In this document: positions 57,566-64,000 of the stretch, one piece after another | Position numbering within the stretch: the stretch's first letter is position 1 | How the letters are laid out: the number at the start of each line of letters is the position of its first letter | Source of the DNA: Gaiellaceae bacterium | Lineage (GTDB): Bacteria > Actinomycetota > Thermoleophilia > Gaiellales > Gaiellaceae | Reading direction: 5' to 3' | DNA length: 64,000 nt | NCBI GenBank assembly: GCA_036403195.1 | Contig: DASWRL010000047.1 | Coordinates: 1,462 to 65,461 of the forward strand | Position numbers and translations under genes: made by a program | The notes under the pieces: generated by a model | Told to the model about the DNA's origin: nothing | The model's database searches: none | Seen by the model: only the letters and a program-made list of their open reading frames with translations

Positions 57566-58621
57566 ATGCCGCGCGTCCTCCTCCTCGTCCACCACCGGGG
57601 CAACCGGCGACTGCTCCAGACGTGGGTCGAGCAGTCGCTGCGCGCGGACGCGATCTCCGCGCCGGAGACACCCGACGACGACGTCGACCTCGTCGTCGCA
57701 GACGCTGCGGCGTTCGCGCGCGACCGTGACCGGATCGAGCGGCTGCGCAGCCGCTCGCGACCCGCGTTCCTCCCGTGCCTCCTGGTCGCGACGCCCCGCG
57801 AGGCCGAGCGGCTCACGCTCGAGAGCTGGCGTCAGGCGGACGACGTCGTCGTCACGCCGATCCGGCCGGAGGAGCTGCGGATCCGGCTCGAGCGGCTGAT
57901 GTCGCAGCGCGCCGACAGCCTCGCGACCGAGGCCGAGCGCACCGAGCTGCGGCGCTCGAACGTCGACCTCGAGCGGTTCGCGTTCGTCGCCGCGCACGAG
58001 CTCGTCGCGCCGCTCACCGTCGTCCGCGGCGCCGTGCAGACGGTCGGCGCACGCTTCACGGGCGGCGACGAGCCGGCGAAGGCCGTCCTCGAGACCGCCG
58101 TCGAGGGCTGCGAGCGGATGCAGGTCCTGATCGAGAACATCCTCGATCTCTCCCGCGCCGGTCGCGGCGGCTCGCGGCAGGAGGTCGCGACGACGGCGCT
58201 CGTCGACGACGTGTGCGCGGAGCTCCGCGACCGCGCCGCCGCGAGCGGCACCGTCGTCACCTACGCCGACCTTCCGGTGGTGACGGCCGACCCGGCGCAG
58301 CTCCGGCTCGTCTTCCGGAACCTCATCGCGAACGCCGTCAAGTTCGCACGGCCCGGCGTGCCCGCCCGGGTCGAGATCACCGCCGCGCGCAGCGGCGCGC
58401 ACTGGCAGTTCTGCGTGGCCGACAACGGGATCGGGATCGAGGACGACGACCGCCAGAAGGTCTTCGACCTCTTCAACCGCGCGGGCCGGTCGAACCACGT
58501 CCCGGGCACGGGGATCGGCCTCGCGATCTGCCAGCGCATCGTGGAGCGCGCCGGCGGCCGGATCTGGATCGAGCCCGGTGACGAGCAGGGAACGGTCTTC
58601 TGCTTCACGGTCCCCGCGTAG
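57566..58621 (+). CDS. Histidine kinase with an N-terminal pseudo-receiver domain
   Basis: ATG lies 8 nt after the KaiC stop. The receiver-like fold lacks the DD pocket (LLLVHHRGN) and the conserved Lys (VVTPIRP). H-box FAFVAAHELVAPL. N/G boxes NLIANAVKF, DNGIGI and GTGIGLAICQ. Confidence 0.88.
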   Translation: MPRVLLLVHHRGNRRLLQTWVEQSLRADAISAPETPDDDVDLVVADAAAFARDRDRIERLRSRSRPAFLPCLLVATPREAERLTLESWRQADDVVVTPIRPEELRIRLERLMSQRADSLATEAERTELRRSNVDLERFAFVAAHELVAPLTVVRGAVQTVGARFTGGDEPAKAVLETAVEGCERMQVLIENILDLSRAGRGGSRQEVATTALVDDVCAELRDRAAASGTVVTYADLPVVTADPAQLRLVFRNLIANAVKFARPGVPARVEITAARSGAHWQFCVADNGIGIEDDDRQKVFDLFNRAGRSNHVPGTGIGLAICQRIVERAGGRIWIEPGDEQGTVFCFTVPA

Positions 58622-58708
58622 CGCGCTCCGGCCGCACTCGTGTTTTTCGCGGCCATGCCGATTAGAAGTAGTACGTCGCCGCCTTGAAGCTCATACGGAG
58701 GCCCTGCC

Positions 58709-58909
58709 ATGGCTCAACCCGACCCGCGTCACCCGAACGATCCCGAGGAAGTCGCCCGCACGCACGCCCGTGAGGTCGCCTCCCTGTCGGCCGCCGAGCA
58801 GCAGAGCCTCCGACGGCTGCTCGACGACGCGCTCGCACGTATCGGGCCGGGCCCGGACGACGGCGCCGGCGCAGCGCGTCGCGACGGCCGGGGGAGGCCG
58901 CGGGACTGA
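58709..58909 (+). CDS. Small hypothetical protein (66 aa)
   Basis: GGAGG RBS before the ATG. GC3 is moderately high. No family recognised. Confidence 0.35.
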   Translation: MAQPDPRHPNDPEEVARTHAREVASLSAAEQQSLRRLLDDALARIGPGPDDGAGAARRDGRGRPRD

Positions 58910-58930
58910 GCGTGAGCGGCCTCCCCCGGC
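58887..58930. terminator. Perfect 15-bp stem hairpin (gccgggggaggccgc / gcggcctcccccggc, 14-nt loop) between convergent genes
   Basis: Seen directly. It overlaps the 3' end of the 66-aa ORF. Confidence 0.5.
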
Positions 58931-58943
58931 GGACGGGCGCGCC

Positions 58944-59384
58944 TCAGGCGTTGCAACCGTCGGGCTCGCCCGCGGCGACGTTCGCCTGCGACGGCTTGCC
59001 GATCCCGAGGTAGAGCGCGTAGAGCGTCACCCGCTTCGTGCCGTCGTTGCGGGCGAGGTGGACGTGGTTCGCCGGCTCGACGAACGACTGCCCCTTCCCC
59101 ACCTTGAACGGCTTGCAGCCCCCGACGGACGGGTCGAACACGGTGAGCGTCCCGCCCGTCACGACGACGGCGACCGGTGCGCCGTGTGTGTGCCAGCCGA
59201 AGTTGCCGCCCGGCTGGATCGTGATCGAGTCGAGCACCATCGACCCCGTCTGCGCGCGGATGGTCGTCGCCTGCATCGCGCCCACGGCCATCGCCTTCGC
59301 CATGATCGGCGGCTCCGACGCCGACGACGCCGTCGCGCCGGCCAGCGCACAGACGAAGAGCACTCCGAGCACCTTGAGCTTCAT
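58944..59384 (-). CDS. Secreted cupin-domain protein
   Basis: Signal peptide MKLKVLGVLFVCALAGATASSA. Cupin motif GWHTHGAPVAVVVTGG...VEPANHVHLARNDG. Confidence 0.7.
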   Translation of the reverse strand: MKLKVLGVLFVCALAGATASSASEPPIMAKAMAVGAMQATTIRAQTGSMVLDSITIQPGGNFGWHTHGAPVAVVVTGGTLTVFDPSVGGCKPFKVGKGQSFVEPANHVHLARNDGTKRVTLYALYLGIGKPSQANVAAGEPDGCNA

Positions 59385-59467
59385 GTCGTCCTCCTGTCGT
59401 TGATGACGCAGGGGACGCTAGGGGGCGCCTCTTTGCGCGCTGTTTGCGCGCGCTTTGCGGGCGCGGC

Positions 59468-60133
59468 TCAGTCGACGCCGACGATGAACACCGCGACGGC
59501 GACGTACTGGCACACGAGCGCGACGATCGTCAGAGCGTGGAAGAGCTCGTGGTAGCCGAAGACGCGCGGCAGCGGGTCCGGGCGGCGGCGCGCGTAGACG
59601 ACGGCGCCCGCCGTGTAGGCGAGCCCTCCCGCCCCGAGCAGCACGAGGGGGGCGATCCCCTCGTTGTGGGCGAGCTGCGGCATCGCGACGACGCCGGCCC
59701 AGCCGAGGGCGACGCCGACCACCGCCGACAGCCACTTCGGCGCCGCGACCCAGCACATCTTCGCGAGCGTCGCGACGATCGCCCCGCTCCAGACGACGGC
59801 GAGCACCGTCGAGCGCCAGGCGCCGTGGAGGCTGATCAGCGCGACCGGCGTGTACGTCCCGGCGATCAGGAGGAAAACGCCGGCGTGGTCGGCGCGGCGC
59901 ATCCAGAGCCGGCCGCGCGGCCCCCACGTGACGCGGTGGTAGAGCGTGCTCGTCCCGAGCATGAGGCTCGCCGTGACCGCGAACGTCGCAGCGGCGAACG
60001 CGTGGGCGGCGGGGGCAGACGCGACGAAGAGGATGCCGACGACGCACGACACGCCGAATGCGACGGCGTGCAGAACCCCGCGAAGCTTCGGGCGCTCGCT
60101 GACATCCCCGCCGATATCGGCCGTGTCGATCAT
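59468..60133 (-). CDS. Hemolysin-III/PAQR-family 7-TM channel protein
   Basis: KLRGVLHAVAF..., STLYHRV, DHAGVFLLIAGTYTP and GYHELFHALTI. ATG overlaps the upstream stop (4 nt). The track ORF to 60412 is over-extended. Confidence 0.88.
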   Translation of the reverse strand: MIDTADIGGDVSERPKLRGVLHAVAFGVSCVVGILFVASAPAAHAFAAATFAVTASLMLGTSTLYHRVTWGPRGRLWMRRADHAGVFLLIAGTYTPVALISLHGAWRSTVLAVVWSGAIVATLAKMCWVAAPKWLSAVVGVALGWAGVVAMPQLAHNEGIAPLVLLGAGGLAYTAGAVVYARRRPDPLPRVFGYHELFHALTIVALVCQYVAVAVFIVGVD

Positions 60134-60387
60134 TCGACGCCTGCGCCACCGGCTGCGAGCATCCGCGTGAACGTCAGCTGCGCGTACGGGAACCAGCGGA
60201 CGGGGTCCGTCGACGGCTCCGACACGACCTCGGTCCCGCCGGCGAGCATGCGCGCGGCCGCCGACGTCGTGCCGTGGTCGCCGGCCAGCAGCTCGTCCTG
60301 CTCGACGTCGCCCGCGGTGATCGTGCCGCCCCGCACAGCGGCGAGACGCGCGAGACGGACGACCGACGCCTCGAAGCTGAGCGTCAC
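60130..60387 (-). CDS. Hypothetical 85-aa protein (operon member)
   Basis: GTG start overlaps the upstream stop by 4 nt. GC3 is very high. MTLSFEASVVRLARLAAVRGGTITAGDVEQDELL... Confidence 0.55.
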   Translation of the reverse strand: MTLSFEASVVRLARLAAVRGGTITAGDVEQDELLAGDHGTTSAAARMLAGGTEVVSEPSTDPVRWFPYAQLTFTRMLAAGGAGVE

Positions 60388-60773
60388 CGCTCGAGCACCC
60401 TCCCCAGCTCACCGCCGACGAGGACGGTGATCGCGCACCGGCCCACGTGCACGACGAGCTGGCCGTCGCCGCGCCAGAACGCGCGCTCGAACTCGTCGGG
60501 GCGGACGACGAACCCGTTCTGCCGCGACCCGACGTGGAAGAACAGCGTCTCGACGGCGGCGTCGTCGGCGCGGAGGAGCACCTCCTGCAACCGGTCGTCG
60601 ATCTCCCCGCGCTCGAGGCGGCCGGAGAGGATCCCGAAGATGAACGGCGCGCCGCCCGCGCCGGAGAACAGGACCAGCACCGGGCGCCCGATCAGGCTCA
60701 GCAGCGCCTCGAGCGTCTGCTCGTACCCGAGCTGCGACGCCCCCTCGAGCCCGGAGCCCTCGAACCGGGTCAC
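60384..60773 (-). CDS. Hypothetical 129-aa protein (operon member)
   Basis: GTG start overlaps the upstream stop by 4 nt. Nearly every codon ends in G/C. No family recognised. Confidence 0.6.
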   Translation of the reverse strand: MTRFEGSGLEGASQLGYEQTLEALLSLIGRPVLVLFSGAGGAPFIFGILSGRLERGEIDDRLQEVLLRADDAAVETLFFHVGSRQNGFVVRPDEFERAFWRGDGQLVVHVGRCAITVLVGGELGRVLER

Positions 60774-60982
60774 CCCGCGTCTGCGCTCGCGCCTGCGTCC
60801 GTGTCCGCGGCCTCGTCGACCTCGACTTCGCCGTCGATGTCGACGTCACCGTCCGTCGGCTCGTCGCCGCGCCGGCGCGCCTCGGCGCGCGCATCCTTCT
60901 TCGCCTGCTTCATCTCCCGCTTCTCGCGCAGCGCCTGCTCGCGCGCGCGCTTGAGCACGGACTGTGGGCTTCTCCTGCCCAT
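60770..60982 (-). CDS. Hypothetical 70-aa protein with a basic N-terminal half and an acidic C-terminal half (operon member)
   Basis: MGRRSPQSVLKRAREQALREKREMKQAKKDARAEARRRGDEPTDGDVDIDGEVEVDEAADTD... The start overlaps the upstream stop by 1 nt. Confidence 0.5.
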   Translation of the reverse strand: MGRRSPQSVLKRAREQALREKREMKQAKKDARAEARRRGDEPTDGDVDIDGEVEVDEAADTDAGASADAG

Positions 60983-61215
60983 CAGCGCCGCCCCCGAGAG
61001 CGTGCGCGGCGCGCGGCGAAGAGCGGCACGACCGTGACGTTCACGGCCCGCGCCTCCTCGACCGCGTCGGGAGCGATTTCGAACTCGACTCGCATCCCGC
61101 GGCAGCGCTCCCCGAACTCCTCGCGCGCGGCGAGGCCTTCCTCGTCGACCCGCAGACGCTCCCCCTCGTCACTCCGGAGAAAGCCGTGCCGCTTGGCCGG
61201 ATTGAACCACAGCAT
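60982..61215 (-). CDS. Degenerate cold-shock-domain-like protein (77 aa) with an Arg-rich tail
   Basis: MLWFNPAKRHGFLRSDEGERLRVDEEG... parallels the CspA WFNxxKGYGFIxxxxGxDVFVH, but the RNP1/RNP2 aromatics are replaced. The track ORF to 61461 is over-extended. Confidence 0.55.
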   Translation of the reverse strand: MLWFNPAKRHGFLRSDEGERLRVDEEGLAAREEFGERCRGMRVEFEIAPDAVEEARAVNVTVVPLFAARRARSRGRR

Positions 61216-61288
61216 TGTTCCCTGCAAGGCCGCTCCTTTCAGGCGGCGCGGCCGCGCGCGAACCCTCGCGCGCGGCCGACGCGCACGG

Positions 61289-61492
61289 CTAGACGGCGAC
61301 GACGCTCTTCGCCTCGGGGCCTTTCGCTCCCTCGACCGCTTCGAACTGCACCTGGGCGCCCTCTGCGAGCGACTTGTAGCCCTCGGCGACGATCGACGAG
61401 TGGTGGACGAATACGTCCTTGCCACCCTCGGAAGGGGTGATGAACCCATACCCCTTCGCATCGTTGAACCATTTTACGGTTCCGGTTGCCAT
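61289..61492 (-). CDS. cspA: Cold-shock protein CspA family
   Basis: [72 protein letters not shown]. Confidence 0.95.
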   Translation of the reverse strand: MATGTVKWFNDAKGYGFITPSEGGKDVFVHHSSIVAEGYKSLAEGAQVQFEAVEGAKGPEAKSVVAV

Positions 61493-61593
61493 ACAAACAC
61501 CTCCTCCACCACGAAAGAACGGGCAGGGGAAGCGCAACACCGCGCAACCAGTACTCGCTCGATTATCGGGGCGAACCGTAGCAGGTCGTGTGC

Positions 61594-62166
61594 TCAGCGG
61601 CGGCGCGCCGGGCCCGGCGGCGCCGCTGTGACCTGCTCGAGGATCCACGCCTCCGCGGCCGCCGGCTGGATGCCGCGGCACAGGGCGATCTCGGCAGTCA
61701 GGAGGGCGCGAGCACGGAGGTAGAGGTCGCGGTCGCTGGGCGCGGTCGTCCCGCCGCTCGCCGCCCGGCGCTGCTCGCGCCGGACGCCGTCGCGCACGAC
61801 CTCGGCGAGGTCCGCCGCCCGGCCCGACGTCAGCTTCTCTCGCGTCCGCCGGTGCTGGCGCGCCCACGGCTCGGCGGGCGCATCCTCGTCGGCGCGGAGC
61901 GCCCGCTCGACGTCGGCGAGCTCGGCGTCGTCGGCGGGGTGCCGGAGCGCCTCGACGGCGCGGGCCATCGGCAGGCGGACCGTCATCCCGCTCTCGAAGC
62001 TGAGCGTGATCGTCGGTCCGTCCGGGCCGTCGGGCCCGGCCGACGTGACCTGCCCGATCCCGTGGGACGCGTACACGACGACGTCGCCGACGGCGAAGTC
62101 GGGCTGTGCTCCGTCCGCTGCGGGCGCAGGCGTGTTCACGATCGTCCGGGGATTCCGCGCAGCCAC
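61594..62166 (-). CDS. carD: CarD/CdnL-family RNA polymerase-binding transcription regulator
   Basis: [17 protein letters not shown] (Tudor-like N-domain) and [22 protein letters not shown]...[18 protein letters not shown]. Confidence 0.85.
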   Translation of the reverse strand: MAARNPRTIVNTPAPAADGAQPDFAVGDVVVYASHGIGQVTSAGPDGPDGPTITLSFESGMTVRLPMARAVEALRHPADDAELADVERALRADEDAPAEPWARQHRRTREKLTSGRAADLAEVVRDGVRREQRRAASGGTTAPSDRDLYLRARALLTAEIALCRGIQPAAAEAWILEQVTAAPPGPARRR

Positions 62167-62248
62167 TGGGTGCTCCTCGCGTCGCGTGCTCGTGCTGCCG
62201 GCGGCACGGCCAGCCTAGCAGCCGACACGGCGCGAGCCTTACCCTGCG

Positions 62249-62773
62249 TCAGCGTGCGTCGACTGCGCCGGCGCGACGCGGCAGGACCCAGCCCGGCCGC
62301 GGGAAGTGGCACGTGTAGCCGTTCGGGTATCGCTCGAGGTAGTCCTGGTGCTCCGGCTCGGCCTCCCAGAACGGGCCCGCCGGGGCGACCTCGGTCACGA
62401 CGCGCCCGGGCCAAAGGCCGGAGGCTTCGACGTCGGCGATCGTGTCCTCGGCGACGCGGCGCTGCTCGTCGTCGACGTAGAAGATCGCCGAGCGGTAGCT
62501 CGTCCCGACGTCGTTCCCCTGGCGGTTCGTCGTCGTCGGGTCGTGGATCTGGAAGAAGAACTCGAGCAGCTCGCGATACGACGTCAGGTCCGGATCGAAG
62601 ACGATCTCGATCGCCTCCGCATGCGTGCCGTGGTTGCGGTAGGTCGCGTTCGCGACGTCGCCGCCGCTGTAGCCGACGCGCGTCGAGACGACGCCGGGAC
62701 GCTTGCGGATCAGGTCCTGCATCCCCCAGAAGCACCCGCCGGCGAGGATCGCCTTCTCGAGACCGTCGTCCAT
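62249..62773 (-). CDS. msrA: Peptide-methionine (S)-S-oxide reductase
   Basis: [14 protein letters not shown]..., [16 protein letters not shown] and [18 protein letters not shown]. Confidence 0.95.
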   Translation of the reverse strand: MDDGLEKAILAGGCFWGMQDLIRKRPGVVSTRVGYSGGDVANATYRNHGTHAEAIEIVFDPDLTSYRELLEFFFQIHDPTTTNRQGNDVGTSYRSAIFYVDDEQRRVAEDTIADVEASGLWPGRVVTEVAPAGPFWEAEPEHQDYLERYPNGYTCHFPRPGWVLPRRAGAVDAR

Positions 62774-62813
62774 GCGAGAAGTGTACGGAACGCGCCCGGC
62801 GCGGCGTCGCGCG

Positions 62814-62939
62814 CTACGCGTCCTCTCCCCGTTCCTCGCACTCGAGGCAGACCCAGTCGCCGTCGGCGTCGAACGCGCTGAGCACGGCGGGCACCATCGT
62901 CACGCCGCAGGTCGCGCAGATCGGCGGCTCGTCCTCCAC
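62814..62939 (-). CDS. 41-aa CxxC...CxxC zinc-ribbon small ORF
   Basis: Not in the track. GTG start: (M)[43 protein letters not shown] stop. GC3 is high. The RBS is weak. Confidence 0.35.
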   Translation of the reverse strand: MEDEPPICATCGVTMVPAVLSAFDADGDWVCLECEERGEDA

Positions 62940-62960
62940 CGGTGCAATCTACGCGCTCCC

Positions 62961-64000
62961 TCACAGCCCGAGCCGCGCCCCCGCCCACAGCAGCGCCGTC
63001 GCGACGACGAGCGCGGGCGGCACGGTCAGCGCGCCGAGCCGGACGAACTCGCCGAGCTCGACGTCGGCGTGCTCGGCGCGGAGGCGCCGCCGCCAGAGGA
63101 GCGTCGCGAGCGAGCCGGTGTAGGTGAGGTTCGGCCCCACGTTCACCCCGATCAGCGCGGCCAGCACCGACACGTGGCCGGCGGCCGCGGCGGCGGGAGC
63201 GAGGATCAGGATCGCGGGCAGGTTGTTGACGAGGTTCGCGAGCAACGCGCCGACCGCCGCGACGAGCAGGAGGTCGGCGAGGGACGTCCCGCCTGGGATG
63301 ACCGCGCGCACCGCGGGGCCGAGGCCCGTGGCCCCCGCCGCGGCGACGACGACCCCGAGGCCGACGACGAAGAGCAGGAACGACGGCTCGATCGCGCGGA
63401 TCGCGCCCCGCGCCGGCGCCCGCCGGCGAACGATCGCCGGGGCGAGGATCGCTGCGGCGCCCGCCGCGGCGACCCACAGCGGCGCGATGCCGGCCGGCTC
63501 GGCGAGGAGGAACGCGAGGAGCGTCGCGGCCACGACCCCGAGTGCGAACCTCGGCGTCCGCAGGACAGCGGCCTCGGCCTCGCCCTCGGCCGGCACGTGG
63601 AGCTCGCGGCGGAAGAAGCCGCGCAACACGATCCACTCGACCCCGATCACGCCGAGCGTCGGCAGCGCCATCAGTGCGCCGAACCGCAGGAACGAGACGC
63701 GGCTCTCGTGGAATGCGAGCAGGTTCGTCAGGTTCGAGATCGGGAGCAGGAGCGACGCCGAGTTCGCGAGGTGCGAGCACGCGTAGACGTGCGGCCTGGG
63801 GCTCATCCGCAGGCGCGCCGCCGTCGCCATCACCACCGGCGTCAGCAGGACTACGGTCGGGTCGAGCCCGAGCGAGATCGTCACGGCGCTCGCCGCCACG
63901 AACACGAGCGCGAGCAGCCGCTGCGGGCTCGCGGCCGCTCCGCTCGCCATCGCCGCGCCGACCCAGGCGAACAGGCCCTCGCGGCGGCAGCCGTCGGCGA
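62961..64000 (-). CDS. ArsB/NhaD-superfamily permease (arsenite or anion transporter-like), 5' end outside the window
   Basis: Multi-TM with LLLPISNLTNLL and NNLPAILIL motifs. The frame stays open past M63950 to the window edge (...EGLFAWVGAAM...). Confidence 0.85.
   Translation of the reverse strand, partial: ADGCRREGLFAWVGAAMASGAAASPQRLLALVFVAASAVTISLGLDPTVVLLTPVVMATAARLRMSPRPHVYACSHLANSASLLLPISNLTNLLAFHESRVSFLRFGALMALPTLGVIGVEWIVLRGFFRRELHVPAEGEAEAAVLRTPRFALGVVAATLLAFLLAEPAGIAPLWVAAAGAAAILAPAIVRRRAPARGAIRAIEPSFLLFVVGLGVVVAAAGATGLGPAVRAVIPGGTSLADLLLVAAVGALLANLVNNLPAILILAPAAAAAGHVSVLAALIGVNVGPNLTYTGSLATLLWRRRLRAEHADVELGEFVRLGALTVPPALVVATALLWAGARLGL

Noticed and set aside
60274-61037. Plus-strand ORFs 60274-60954 and 60447-61037, antisense to the five-gene operon
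   Set aside because: They are Ser/Arg/Pro-rich low-complexity translations. The minus-strand frames have near-uniform G/C third positions and coupled start/stop codons.

Overview
Very GC-rich (about 70% by eye, not computed), gene-dense chromosomal segment that looks like Actinomycetota (Thermoleophilia or Solirubrobacterales style). Many adjacent genes share 1-8 nt stop/start overlaps. I support about 65 protein-coding genes. I found no rRNA, tRNA, CRISPR array, transposase or integrase by eye. Many long ORFs in the supplied track are antisense or out-of-frame artefacts of the high GC content. I chose frames by recognisable protein motifs, GC3 bias, RBS placement and start/stop coupling.

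Main blocks, in order:
1. MacB-like ABC exporter, LAL/LuxR regulator and MMPL transporter.
2. A membrane-spanning SARP regulator fused to a beta-propeller and a periplasmic-binding domain.
3. ECF sigma, an anti-sigma with a PD40 propeller, and a secreted TolB-like protein.
4. A DUF1326/DUF2182 pair.
5. Two two-component systems, one next to an S11 DD-carboxypeptidase and an ABC-2 exporter.
6. A signal-peptide-less AmiC-like sensor divergent from an HD-GYP-LuxR regulator.
7. typA, and an MFS/MarR pair.
8. A complete L-rhamnose catabolic locus: DeoR regulator, rhaB, rhaEW, a 4-gene ABC importer, an extra arabinose/fucose-isomerase-like gene, and divergent rhaI-rhaM.
9. A bacterial protein with a classical C2H2 zinc finger and basic pentapeptide repeats.
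10. A KaiC-family ATPase with a pseudo-receiver histidine kinase.
11. cspA, followed by a five-gene translationally coupled operon: a degenerate cold-shock-domain protein, three unknown small proteins and a hemolysin-III channel.
12. carD, msrA and a partial ArsB-like permease.

The most unusual candidates are the five-gene operon (59468-61215), the C2H2 finger protein (53578-54000), the AmiC-like/HD-GYP-LuxR pair (31241-34345) and the KaiC-HK pair (56070-58621). All family assignments come from motif recognition by eye. No database search was run.
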